In this document: piece after piece, positions 48,879 through 62,620 of the stretch
How the letters are laid out: every line of letters begins with the position of its first letter
How positions within the stretch are numbered: the first letter of the stretch is position 1
NCBI GenBank assembly: GCA_036785375.1
Contig: JAWMAR010000104.1
Location: forward strand, 6,076,001-6,140,000
Length of the DNA: 64,000 bases
Direction of reading: 5' to 3'
Source of the DNA: Leucoraja ocellata
Lineage: Eukaryota
The notes under the pieces: model-generated
Databases searched by the model: none
The model's input: only the letters and a program-made list of their open reading frames with translations
Told to the model about the DNA's origin: nothing
Program-made: the position numbers and the translations under genes

Positions 48879-50502
48879 GGGTGTGGAATTTTATTTCATC
48901 TCTCTCTTTGAATTATTGTGACAATTGGGATTGGATGTTGGGGGTAAATGAAGGGTTGTTGTGTTAGGGGCCTGTCATCCAGGCTTCAGCCCATTATCGT
49001 TCAAAGCATTGGATGGAATAGATCTAAAGGTAAAGGTAGGGGTTTAGTTTACTTTTGTTTAGTTTAGTTCAGTTCAGTTTAGTTTAGTTTATTGTCGTGT
49101 CCCGAGATACAGTGAAAAGCTTTTTTGTTGCGTTTTATCCAGTCAGCGAAAAGACTAATGATGATTACAATCAAGCTGTCCACAGTGTACAGATACAGGA
49201 TAAAGGGAATCATGTTTAGTGCAAGGTGAAGTCCAGTTAAGTCTGGTTAAAGATAGTTCAAAGGTCTCCAATGAGGTAGATGGGAGGACAGGACCACTGT
49301 CTAGTTGGTGATGGGATGGTTCAGTTGTCTGATAACAGCTGGGAAGAAGCTGTCCCTGAATCTGGAAGTGTGTGTTTTCATACTTCTGTACCTCTTGCCC
49401 GATAGGAGAGGGGAGAAGAGGGATTGACTGGGGTGTGACTGGTCCTTGATTATGCTGGTGGTCTTGCCGAGGCAGCGTGAAGTGTAGATGGAGTCAATGG
49501 AAGGGAGGTTGGTTTGGGTGATGGTCTGGGCTGCGTCCACAATTCTCTACATTTTATCGGGATGCATCACAGCACGGCTTGGGAACAACTCCATCTAAGC
49601 CACAAGAAATTTTAAAGAGAGGTTGATGAAGTGCATGGGCTAGTGTTTCTGGAGAGGCAAGAGTCAGAGATTTCGGTTCAAACTCAATCATTCTCAAGCG
49701 CGGAGTGTCACGGAGACGTCACTTTCCGGTCCATGTTCTCCGGAGATGCTGACTGAGTCACTGTGTTACTCCAGCACTTTGTTTCTTTTTTGTAAACAAG
49801 CATCTACAGTTCCTTATTCCTACAAGATTCATACGGATATTGCCACGAGATCTTGAGTTAAAGGTGGAGAGGTGGGCAGACTAGGCACATAAGGAACTGC
49901 AGATGCTGGAATCTTGAACAAAAAGTAGAGTGCTGGAGTAACTCAACAGGTCAGGGGGCATCTCTGGAGAACATGGATAGGTGACGTTTTGGGTCGGGAC
50001 CCTTGTTCTCAGTTCCAGTCAATGTGGAAAAGGGTCCTGACCCAAAATGTCACCTATCCATATTCTGCAGAGATGCTGCCTGACCCGTTGAGATACTCCA
50101 GCACCTTTAAGACATTCACAGTTCATGAGCCATTCATTGATGGTGTTGTCTCCTGCAAGATCAAGGGGAAGGCAATATGATCAAAATGGACGTGAGATAA
50201 AAAACGACACATCGTGTTTCTTTGTTCTCCAATAAAGAAGAACCCAATTACATTTATATAGTGCCTTTTTAAAATATCCCAAAGAAATCTACAGCCTATA
50301 AGAAACAATACCATTATGCATCGCAAAGCTGATCAGTCATTGAGTCACAGTTGTACAGAACGGAAACAGGCCCTTCAGCCCAACTTTTCCATGGTGACCA
50401 AGATGCCCCATTTACACTACTCCTACCCGCCCACGTTTGGCCCATATTCCTCTAAACCTTTCCTATCCATATTCCTGTGCAAATGCCTTTTAAATGTTGT
50501 TA

Positions 50503-50737
50503 TGCCCCTGTCCCACTTAGGAAACCTGAACGGAAACCTCTGGAGAGTTTGTGCCCCACCCAAGGTTTCCGTGCGGTTCCCAGAGGTTCCCGGAGGTTTT
50601 TGTCAGTCTCCCTACCTGCTTCCACTACCTGCAACCTCCGGCAATCACCTGCAACTTCTGGGAACCACATGGAAACCTTGGGTGGGGCACAAAGTCTCCA
50701 GAGGTTTCCGTTCAGGTTTCCTAAGTGAGACCGGGCA
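50503..50737. mobile_element. MITE with long terminal inverted repeats (PIF/Harbinger-like, class uncertain)
   Basis: TGCCCCTGTCCCACTTAGGAAACCTGAACGGAAACCTCTGGAGA ... reverse complement; TTA/TAA flanks. Confidence 0.7.
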
Positions 50738-51268
50738 TAACAGTACCTGCCTCAACTACCTCCTGTGGCAGCTCGTTCCATACACCCACCACCCTCTTCA
50801 CCTTAAACCTATGTCCTGTGGTTCTTGATTCCCCTACTCAGGGTTAAAGACTCTGTGCATTCACCCTATTTATCCCCCTCATGATTTTATACACCTCTAT
50901 AAGATCACCACTTAGTCTCCTGCGCTCCAAGGAATAGTCATAGCCTGCTCAACCTCTCCCTACAGCTCAGGCCCTCCAGTCCTGAACTTACCAAAACTGA
51001 ACCCAATGCTCCAAATGTGACCTCAATATTCCAAATACAATGCCCACCACAAATTTTACGATAGCATTCTGATAGAAAATACAAATGTGTGATGTAAAAG
51101 CAAATTAAATGTTAGCCAGCATAGACACTCCCATCTGTATAAGAAATGTTTACTGTTGATCTGACTGGGCATTACTATAAATTTTAGTATAGAGATACAG
51201 CACAGAAACAGGCCTTCAGCCCACCGAGTCCAGGCTGAACATCGATCATCCTGTATACTAATTCTATC

Positions 51269-54200
51269 CATACAACCATATAACAATTACAGCACGGAAA
51301 CAGGCCATCTCAGCCCTACAAGTCCGTGCCGAACAACTTTTTTCCCTTAGACCCACCTGCCTGCACTCATACCATAACCCTCCATTCCCTTCTCATCCAT
51401 ATGCCTATCCAATTTATTTTTAAATGATACCAACGAACCAGCCTCCACCACTTCCACTGAAAGCTCATTCCACGCAGCTACCACTCTCTGAGTAAAGAAG
51501 TTCCCCCTCATGTTACCCCTAAACTTCTGTCCCTTAATTCTGAAATCATGTCCTCTTGTTTGAATCTTCCCTATTCTCAAAGGGAAAAGCTGATCCACAT
51601 CAACTCTGTCTATCCCTCTCATCATTTTAAAGACCTCTATCAAGTCCCCCCTTAACCATCTGCGCTCCAGAGAATAAAGACCTAACTTATTCAACCTTTC
51701 TCTGTAACTTAGTTGTTGAAACCCAGGCAACATTCTAGTAAATCTCCTCTGTACTCTCTCTATTTTGTTGACATCCTTCCTATAATTGGGCGACCAAAAT
51801 TGTACACCATACTCCAGATTTGGTCTCACCAATGCCTTGTACAATTTTAACATTACATCCCAGCTTCTATACTCAATGCTCTGATTTATAAAGGCTAGCA
51901 TACCAAAAGCTTTCTTTACCACCCTATCTATATGAGATTCCACCTTCAAGGAACTATTCCCAGATCCCTCTGGTTAACTGTATTCTTCAATTCCCTGCCA
52001 TTTACCATGTACGTCCTATTTTGATTTGTCCTGCCAAGGTGTAGCACCTCACATTTATCAGCATTAAACTCCATCTGCCATCTTTCAGCCCATTCTTCCA
52101 AATGGCCTAAATCATTCTGTAGACTTTGGAAATCCTCTTCATTATCCACAACACCCCCTATCTTGGTATCATCTGCATACTTACTAATCCAATTTACACA
52201 CTTTCATCCAGATCATTGATGTACATGACAAACAACAAAGGACCCAACACCGATCCCTGAGGCACCGCACTAGTCACCTGCGTCCAACCCGACAAACAAA
52301 CATCCACCATTACCCTCTGGCTTCTCCCATTTAGCCATTGTTTAATCCATTTTGCTACTCCTGCATTTATACCCAACAGTTGAACCTTCTTAACCAACCT
52401 TCCATGAGGAACCTTGTCAAAGGCCTTACTAAAGTCCATATAGACAACATCCACTGCTTTACCCTCGTCAATTTCCCTGGTAACCTCTTCAAAAAATTCA
52501 AGAAGCTTAGTCAAACATGACCTTCCAGGCACAAATCCATGCTAACTGTTCCTAATCAGACCCTGTTTATCCAGATGCTTATATATATTATCTCTAAGTA
52601 TCTTTTCCATTAATTTGCCCACCACTGAAGTCAAACTAACAGGCCTATAATTGCTAGGTTTACTCTTAGAACCCTTTTAAAACAATGGAACAACATGCGC
52701 AGTACGCCAATCCTCAGGGACTATTCCCATTTCTAATGACATTTGAAATATTTCTGTCATAGCCCCGGCTATTTCTACACTAACTTCCCTCAATGTCCTA
52801 GAGAATATCCTGTCAGGACCTGGAGACTTATCCACTTTTATATTTTTCAAAAGTGTCAGTACTTCTTTTACTTTGAAACTCATAGTATCCATAGCTACTC
52901 TACTAGTTTCCATTACCTCACATAATTCAATATCCTTCTCCTTGGTGAATACTGACAAAAAGAAATTGTTCAATATCTCCCCCCCATCTCTTTTGGCTCT
53001 GCAGATAGCTGTCCACTCTGTCTCTCCAATGGACCAATTTTATCCCTCGTTATCCTTTTGCTATTAATATAGCTGTAGAAACCCTTTGTATTTACTTTCA
53101 CCTTACTTGCCAAAGCAACCTCATGTCTTCTTTTAGCTTTTCTAATTTATTTCTTAAGATTATTTTTACATTCCTTATACTCCTCAAGCACCTCATTTGC
53201 TTCATGCTGCCTATAATTATTGTAGATCTCCCTCTTTTTCCGAACAAGATGTCCAATTTCCCTTGAAAACCAGGCCTCTTTCCACTTTTTACTGTTTCCT
53301 TTCAACCTAACAGGAACATAAAGATTCTGTACTCTTAATATTTCCCCTTTAAATGTCCTCCATTTCTCTTCTATCCTTCCCATAAAACAAAATGTCCCAG
53401 TTCACTCCTTTTAAATCCTTTCGCATCTCATCAAAGTTAGCCTTTCTCCAATCAAAAATCTCAACCCTAGGTCCAGTTCTGACCCTCTCCATAATTATAT
53501 TGAAACTAATGGTATTGTGATCACTGGACCCAAAGTGCTCCCCAACGCATACCTCCGCCACCTGTCCCGTCTCATTTCCTAACAGGAGGTCCAACACTGC
53601 CCCTCCTCTAGTAGGTACCTCTATGTATTGCTGCAAAAAACTATCCTGCACATATTTTACAAACTCCAAACCATCCAGCCCATTTACCGAATGTGTTTCC
53701 CAGTCTATGTGTGGAAAGTTGAAATTTCCCATAATCACTACTTTGTGCTTACTACTAATATCTGCTATCTCCTTACATATTTGCTCTTCCAATTCTCGAT
53801 CCCCATTTGGCGGTCTATAATACACTCCTATAAGTGTTGCTACCCCTTTCCCACTTCTTAGTTCCACCCAAATAGCCTCCCTAGATGAGCCCTCCAATCT
53901 ATCCTGCCAAAGCACTGCTGTAATATCTTCCCTGACTAGTAATGCAACACCTCCATCTCTTGCCCCTCCAATTCTATCACACCTGAAGCAACAAAATCCT
54001 GGAATATTTAGTTTCCAATCACAGCCCTCCTGCAACCATGTTTCACTGATCGCCACAACATCATAGAAACATAGAAACATAGAAACATAGAAATTAGGTA
54101 CAGGAGTAGGCCATTCGGCCCTTCGAGCCTGCACCGCATTTCAATATGATCATGGCTGATCATCCAACTCAGTATCGTGTGCCTGCCTTCTCTCCATACC

Positions 54201-57200
54201 CCCTGATCCCCTTAGCCACAAGGGCCACATCTAACTCCCTCTTAAATATAGCCAATGAACTGGCCTCAACTACCCTCTGTGGCAGAGAGTTCCAGAGATT
54301 CACCACTCTCTGTGTAAAAAAAGTTCTTCTCATCTCGGTTTTAAAGGATTTCCCCCTTATCCTTAAGCTGTGACCCCTTGCCCTGGACTTCCCTAACATC
54401 GGGAACAATCTTCCTGCATCTAGCCTGTCCAACCCCTTAAGAATTTTGTAAGTTTCTATAAGATCCCCTCTCAATCTCCTAAATTCTAGAGAGTATAAAC
54501 CAAGTCTATCCGTTCTTTCTTCATAAGACAGTCCTGACATCCCAGGAATCAGTCTGGTGAACCGTCTCTGCACTCCCTCTATGGCAATATTGTCCTTCCT
54601 CAGATTTGGAGACCAAAACTGTACGCAATACTCCAGGTGTGGTCTCACCAAGACCCTGTACAACTGCAGTAGAACCTCCCTGCTCCTATACTCAAATCCT
54701 TTTGCAATGAAAGCTAACATACCATTCGCTTTCTTTACTGCCTGCTGCACCTGCATGCCTACCTTCAATGACTGGTGTACCATGACACCCAGGTCTCGCT
54801 GCATCTCCCCCTTTCCCAATCGGCCACCGTTTAGATAATAGTCTGCTTTCCCGTTTTTGCCACCAAAATGGATAACCTCACATTTATCCACATTATACTG
54901 CATCTGCCAAACATTTGCCCACTCACCCAGCCTATCCAAGTCACCTTGCAGTCTCCTAGCATCCTCCTCACAGCTAACACTGCCCCCCAGCTTAGTGTCA
55001 TCCGCAAACTTGGAGATATTGCCTTCAATTCCCTCATCCAGATCATTAATATATATTGTAAATAGCTGGGGTCCCAGCACTGAGCCTTGCGGTACCCCAC
55101 TAGTCGCTGCCTGCCACTGTGAAAAGGACCCGTTTACTCCCACTCTTTGCTTCCTGTTTGCCAGCCAGTTCTCTATCCACATCAATACTGAACCCCCAAT
55201 GCCATGTGCTTTAAGTTTGTATACTAATCTCTTATGTGGGACCTTGTCAAAAGCCTTCTGGAAGTCCAGATACACCACATCCACTGGTTCTCCCCTATCC
55301 ACGCTACTAGTTACATCCTCGAAAAATTCTATAAGATTCGTCAGACATGATTTACCTGTCGTAAATCCATGCTGACTTTGTCCAATGATTTCACCACTTT
55401 CCAAATGTGCTGCTATCCCATCTTTAATAACTGACTCTAGCAGTTTCCCCACTACCGATGTTAGACTAACTGGTCTGTAATTCCCCGTTTTCTCTCTCCC
55501 TCCCTTCTTAAAAAGTGGGGTTACGTTTGCTACCCGCCAATCCTCAGGAACTACTCCAGAATCTAAAGAGTTTTGAAAGATTATTACTAATGCATCCACT
55601 ATTTCTGGAGCTACTTCCTTAAGTACTCTGGGATGCAGCCTATCTGGCCCTGGGGATTTATCGGCCTTTAATCCATTCAATTTACCCAACACTAATTCCC
55701 AGCTAACCTGGATTTCACTCAATTCCTCCAACTCCTTTGACCCGCGGTCCCCTGCTATTTCCGGCAAATTATTTATGTCTTCCTTAGTGAATACGGAACC
55801 AAAGTAGTTATTCAATTGGTCCGCCATATTCTTGTTCCCCATGATCAACTCACCTGTTTCTGACTGCAAGGGACCTACATTTGTTTTAACTAATCTTTCT
55901 TTTCACATATCTATAAAAACTTTTGCCATCAGTTTTTATGTTCCCTGCCAGTTTTCTTTCATAATCTATTTTTCCTTTCCTAATTAAGCCCTTTGTCCTC
56001 CTCTGCTGGTCTCTGAATTTCTCCCAGTCCTCCGGTATGCTGCTTTTTCTGGCTAATTTGTACGCATCATCCTTTGCTTTGATACTATCCCTGATTTCCC
56101 TTGTTATCCACGAATGTACTACCTTCCCTGATTTATTCTTTTGCCAAACTGGGATGAACAATTTTTGTAGTTCATCCATGCAGTCTTTAAATGTCTTCCA
56201 TTGCATATCCACCGTCAACCCGCTTAGAATTAATTGCCAGTCAATCTTGGCCAATTCACGTCTCATACCCTCAAAGTTACCTTTCTTTAAGTTCAGAACC
56301 ATTGTTTCTGAATTAACAATGTCACTCTCCATCCTAATGAAGAATTCAACCATATTATGGTCACTCTTGCCCAAGGGGGCACGTACAACAAGATTGCTAA
56401 CTAACCCTTCCTCATTACTCAATACCCAGTCTAAAATAGCCTGCTCTCTCGTTGGTTCCTCTACATGTTGATTTAGATAACTATCACGCATACATTCCAA
56501 GAAATCCTCTTCCTCAGCACCCCTGCCAATTTGATTCACCCAATCTATATGTAGATTGAAGTCACCCATTATAACTGTTTTGCCTTTGCCGCACGCATTT
56601 CTAATTTCCTGTTTGATACCATCTCCAACTTCACTACTACTGTTAGGTGGCCTGTACACAACACCCACCAGCGTTTTCTGCCCCTTAGTGTTTCGCAGCT
56701 CTACCCATACCGATTCCACATCCTCCAAACTAATGTCCTTCCTTTCCATTGCACTAATCTCCTCTCTAATCAGTAACGGTACCCCACCTCCTTTTCCTTT
56801 CTCTCTATCCCTCCTGAATATTGAATATCCCTGGATGTTCAGCTCCCAGCCTCGGTCACCCTGGAGCCATGTCTCCGTGATCCCAACTATATCATAGTCA
56901 TTAATAGCTATCTGCGCATTCAACTCATCCACCTTATTACGAATGCTCCTTGCATTGAGACACAAAGCCTTCAGGCTTGTTTTTATAACACTCTTACCCC
57001 TTATACAATTATGTTGAAAAGTGTCCCTTTTTGATTTTTGCCCGGGTTTTGTCTGCCTGCCACTTTTACTTTTCGCCTTGCTACCTATTGCTTCTACCCT
57101 CATTTTACACCCCTCGGTCTCTACGCTCACACATTTAAGAAACCCTTTCCCTTTAACTCCATCATCCACTATCCCACTCGACACCTACCCCCCTTATTCA

Positions 57201-59864
57201 GTTTAAAGCCACCCGTGTAGCAGTGGCAAACCTGCCTGCCAGAATGCTGGTCCCACACCTGTTAAGATGCAATCCGTCCCTTTTGTACAGTTCCCCCTTA
57301 CCCCAAAACAGATCCCAGTGATCTAAGAATCTAAATCCCTGCCCCGTGCACCAGTTCCTCAGCCACACGTTCAGATCCCGTATCTCCCTGATCCTGCTCT
57401 CGCCAGCACGAGGAACTGGAAGCAAACCGGAGATAACAACCCTGGAGGTCCTGCTTTTCAACATTTTTCCGAGCTCTCTAAAGTCACGCTGCATAATATT
57501 CATCCCCTTCTGTCCGACATCGTTTGTGCCGACATGCACTACCACTTCCGGATGTTCACCTTCGCCCTTGAGGATTTTCTGCACTCTGTCCGTGACATCC
57601 TGGATCCTGGCACCGGGAAGGCAACACACCATCCTCGCATCCCGTCTGTTGCCGCAGAAACCCCTGTCCGTACCTCTCACAATGGAGTCTCCCATTACAA
57701 TGGCCTTGCCTGCCTTAGGCCTTTTTGGTTTTGGCTCAACAGCCCTATTCGCATCGCAAGCCAGTCTGTCGCTCAGTGTAAACACGTCTTCTGTCCCAAC
57801 AGCTTCTAAGCGGATGAACCTGTTTACAAGAGGTACATCACCCGGGGACGTTGGCATTCCATGCTTCCCTCCCTTTCTCACTATCTCCCACCTTCTCTCT
57901 TCCAGTACCTTACGTGTAACAATCGTACTGTAGGACTTGTCGAGGAACGACTCCGTTTCTCGTACGAACTCATCCACTTGCTTCTCCAGTTCCCCAACAC
58001 GGCCCTTCAGGAGCTCCACCTGGATGCACTTTTCGCATTTGTAGCAGCCAGAGGCACCAGCGGTGTCCTTGACCTCCCACATACTGCAAGCATCGCACTG
58101 AATCAGCTTGCCTGACATCTCCCTACTTCCAGGTGTCTATCCAGACTCTAAGCTCATCCACCTTTCTTACAATGCTCCTAGCATTAAAATATGCACATTT
58201 AAGAAACCCCTCGCCTCTTATTCTCTGCTTATTTCCTTTTTTTCCTTTCTCCTCTTGTGTCCGAGTGCTTCCCATTTCTGCTTCCTGCCTCCCATTCTGT
58301 CTACTAGCTTTCTCTATTTGAATCCCTCGCCCCAACCATTCTAGTTTAAAGTCTCCCCAGTGGCCTTTGCAAATTTCCCCGCCAGGATATTGGTCCCCCT
58401 CGGGTTCAAGTGCAACCCATCCTTTCTGTACAAGTCCCGCCTTCCCCAAAAGAAGTCCCAATGATCCAGGAACTTGAATCCCTGCCCTCTGCACCAGTCT
58501 TTCAGCCACGCATTTATCCTCCACCTCGCTCCATTCCTACTCTCACTGTCGCGTGGCACAGGCAGTAATCCTGACATTGTTACCTTTTTGGTCCTTTTCC
58601 CTAACTCTCCTCCCAACTCCCTAAATCCTCCCTTCAGGACCTCTTCCCTTTTTTTTACCTATGTCATTGGTACCTATATGTACCACGACCTCGGGCTCCT
58701 CTCCCTCTGATTTCAGGATATCTTGGACGCGTTGAGACACATCCGAGACCTTGGCACCAGGGAGACAGACCACCATCCTGGTCTCCTGACTGCGTCCACA
58801 GAATCGCCTATCCGACCCCCTAACAATAAAGTCCCCAATTACTAATGCCCTCTTCTTTTTGTCCCTACCTTCAGGAGCAACAGGGCCGGTCTCTGTGCTG
58901 GAGGCCCGTCTGCTCTCGCTACCCCGGGTAGGCTGTCACCCCCATCCGTACTCAAACAGGAGTACTTATTTACAAGTTGTACCGACATTGGAGTACTCAC
59001 TTGTCCCTGCCTCTGCCCCTTGCTCTTCCTTAGCGTGACCCACATGTCTCTCTCCCGTGGTTTTGGAGTGACCACCTCCCTATAACTCCCCTCTATGACC
59101 TCCTCACTCTCCCTGACCAGACAGAGGTCATCGAGATGCTGCTCCAGGATCCTAATACGGTCCCTTAGGAGCCCCATCTCGCTGCACCTGGTGCAGATGT
59201 GGACGTCTGGAGGGCCATCCGACACCATGACCTCCCACATCTGACATCCCGAATAGTACACTGCTCTGGCTGTCATTCTCCCGCCTTACCCTGGATCCGA
59301 TACAAGTACAATACAATAGAAACTGCTGGGAGAAATCAGCAGGTATCTGACTCACAACAGCTGCTCCCTCTTGACCTTTAAACTGCACCTTAATTATATA
59401 AACAAAAAGCACTGTACCCTTAACTCACTGTACCTTTACTAAAGCACTGTACCCTTAGCCCACTGTACCCTTGGCTCACTGTACCTTTACTAAAGCACTG
59501 TACCTTTAGCTCACTGTACCCTTGGCTCACTGTAACTTTAACCAGAAAGCAGAAATGCTAACCTGAGGTTGCACCCAATCAGCTGCTTCCTCTAGTCTGC
59601 TTCCACCAATCAGCGGCTTCCACCAGAACCCTCCCTATGAAGTGTGGAACGTTACAGACTTTGGTAAGCCCTGACCCTCCTCCACTCGCTCCAACGGTCC
59701 CGGGCCTCTGTAAAAGCAAGCCCTGCACTCGATTTATATACTCACCGCCCTGACCCTCCTCCACTCGCTCCAACGGTCCCGGGCCTCTGTAAAAGCAAGC
59801 CCCGCGCTCGATTTATATACTCACCGCCCTGACCCTCCTCCACTCGCTCCAACGGTCCCGGGCC
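51269..59864 (-). mobile_element. Full-length CR1 LINE (outer, disrupted), inserted into a V-SINE and itself interrupted by a second CR1
   Basis: TSD TCTATC (51263-51268, 59865-59870); ORF1 pieces 58842-59276 and 58341-58616; the endonuclease reading ...WIDTWK|YDVVAISETWL is split at 58123/54063; RT pieces 51347-53383. Confidence 0.9.
54064..58122 (-). mobile_element. Near-intact young CR1 LINE (inner): ORF1 zinc-finger + SGNH esterase (57198-58118); ORF2 EN+RT with one frameshift (55886-57184, 54169-55869)
   Basis: CDACSMW..CEKC, GDSIVRG, VHVGTND, DGLHLN; GITETWL, GDFN, SDH; KFADDTK; (CATAGAAA)n tail. Confidence 0.95.
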
Positions 59865-61849
59865 TCTATCGCACACACTAAGGACAATTTACGGAAGTCA
59901 ATTAACCTACAAACCTTCACGCCTTTGGAGTATGACAGGAAATTTGAGGACCCAGAGAAAACTCACGAGGTCACAGAGAGAACGTAGAAACTCCACACAG
60001 ACAGCACCTGTGGTCAGGATCGATGCTGGGTCACTATAGTTGTGAGGCAACTGCTCTACAGCTGTGCCACTGTGCCATTCTCACATCTGGTAACATCTGA
60101 CCAGGAAGGCCGGTGACAGTGAGTGCGGCATTACCTCCATCGTGCCGAGGGAGTCCCAGTTTGGGCTTTACGCTGGTGTCTCTGGACTTGAAACCATCAA
60201 CCTTCAGACTCGAGAGGGGAGGGCGAGACATTTTGTTGCCTAATGAACTAAAGGTGGGATTATATGTGTCTTCAAGTGTCATGTGTTCTGATAATGTATC
60301 AATGAAAATGACAATTTCAAATTTCAATGAAAATCAATGAAAATTAATGAAGGCCGAACTATGATACCAACACCAACTCATATCTGCCGGCACTTAATCC
60401 ATATCCCTCCATTCCCTGCATATCCATATGCCTATCTAAAAGCCTCTTAAACACCACTATTGTATGCCTCCACCACCACCCCTAGTAGCGCGTTCCAGGC
60501 ACCCACCACCCTCTGTGTAAAAAACTTGCCCGGCACATCTCCTTCAAACTTTGCCCCTCTCACCTTACGGCCATGTGCGGTGATAGAGTCTGCTTTATTC
60601 TGCCTCACTTTGAATGAATGAATGATGATACTTTATTGTCATATTGCAGATATGATATTTTGATGAGGATAGTGGGTGGATAAATTATATTGTATATAAA
60701 AAAACAAAGTGCAGGATGAACTGAGTGGGTCAGGCAGCATCAGTGGAGAAATGGACAGGTGATGTTTTGGGTCGGGACCCTTCTTTGACTGATGGAGTTG
60801 GGGGGAGAAAGCTAGCAAAGAGTTGATAGACACAAAAAGCTGGAGTAACTCAATGGGGCAGGCAGCATCTCTGGAGAGAAGGAATGGTTGACGTTTCGGG
60901 TTGAGACCCTTCTTCAGACTAGGTCTTCAGTTTTAACCAGCATCTGCAGTTCATTCCTACACAAGTAAGAAAAAAGGTTCCCTCCCTCTGGCTTTACATT
61001 TTATTCCTTTTTCAAACCTCTTTGCTCCTTACGAAGACCAGTATTATTAGGGTGGCACAGTAGCGGAGCCAGAGACACGGGTTCGATTCTGACCTTGGGT
61101 GCTGTCTGTCTGTGTGGAGTTTGCATGTTTTCCCTGTGACCGCATGAGTTTCCTCCAGGTGCTCCGGTTTCCTCCCACACCCCAAAGACCTGCGGGTTTG
61201 TAGGTTAATTGGCCCTCTGTAAATTACCCCCAGTGTGTAGGAAATGAATGAGAAAATGGTATAACACAGAACTAGTGTTAACGGGTGATCTATTCTCTGC
61301 GCAGACTCGGTGGGCTGAAGGGCCTGTTTCCATGCAGTGTCTCTAAACTAAAGTAAACTAAACTCAACTAAACTAAACTAAACTAAACTAAACTAAACCA
61401 AACTAAAACTGAAGGAACTACAAATACTGGTTTATAAAAACATAAAGTGCGGGTCAGGCAGCATCTCTGGAGAACATGGATAGGTGACATCTTGGGTTGG
61501 GACCCTTCTTCAGACTGATTGTAGTGGGGTGCAGGAGGTGGGGGGGGGGAGAGAAAGCTAGAAGAGAGGTTGGGCAGGACAAAGCTTGACAAGTGATAGG
61601 TGGTTGCAGGTGAGGGGTGGAGGGTTGTTAGGCTGATGGATGGTCAGATGCCAAAGATGGGAGGAAAACCAAAGGGTGTGAGATAGAGACAAAGGGAATG
61701 AAATTTATGGGCTAGAGATATAGGCGGAATGGGGGTGGGGGGAAATGGAGCAGGATAGTAAGAGAATTGGCCTGGGGTGGGGAACAGGAAAGAGGGGGGA
61801 GGGGTGACAAAGTGGGGGATTACCTAAAATTGGCAAATTCAATAAGAAA

Positions 61850-62620
61850 GGCACAGTTTCGGTGGTCATGGGGAATTTCAATATGTAGGGAGACTGGGGA
61901 AATCAGGTTGGTACTGAATCCTAAGAGTGGGAATTTGTAGAGTGCCTCCGAGATGGTTTCTTAGAGCAGCTTGTAGTGGAGCCAGGGAAAAGGCAATTCT
62001 TGATTTGATGTTGTGTAATGAACCACATTTGATTAGACAGCTTAAGGTAAAGGACCATCTAGGTAGTGACCATAATATGTTCAAATTCAAGCTGCAATTT
62101 GAGAGGGATAAGATGACATCAGATGTGATGGTGTTACAGCCAAGCAAAGTGGACTACAGAGGCATGAGGGAGGAGTTGACTAAAGTTGATTGTAAAGAGA
62201 TCCTAGCAGGAATGATGCTGTAACAGCAATGGCAGGAATTTCTGGGAATAATTCAGAGGACACAGGATCTTTTCATTCCAAAGTGGAAGAAAGATTCTAA
62301 CAGGAGAAAGAGGTGACCGTGGCTGACAAGGGAAGTCAAGGACGGTATAAAACTAAAAGAGAAGGCACATAACATTGCAAAGATTAGTGGGAAGCCAGAG
62401 GATTGGGGTCTTTTAAAAAACGAAAGAAGGTAACTAAAAAAAGGCAATACAGGGAGAAAAGATGAAAGTAAGCTAGCCAATAATATAAAAGAGGATAGCA
62501 AAGGTTTCTTCAGATATATAAAGAGTAAGAAAGCGGCAAGAGTGGACATTGGCCCGCTGCAAAATGATGCTGAAGAAGTGATAATGTGGAATAAAGAAAT
62601 AGCAGAGTAATTGAATAGCT
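61850..62620 (+). mobile_element. Degenerate CR1 ORF2 (endonuclease/tether) fragment
   Basis: AILDLMLCNEPHLI...LGSDHNM; multiple stops and frameshifts. Confidence 0.8.

Noticed and set aside
60034-60340. Overlapping ORFs in apparently unique sequence, considered as a possible tcof1 last exon
   Set aside because: No treacle-like or Lys-rich composition and no convincing splice signals; it resembles an old Deu-domain SINE remnant (similar to 11668-11726). No tcof1 exon was recognised in the window
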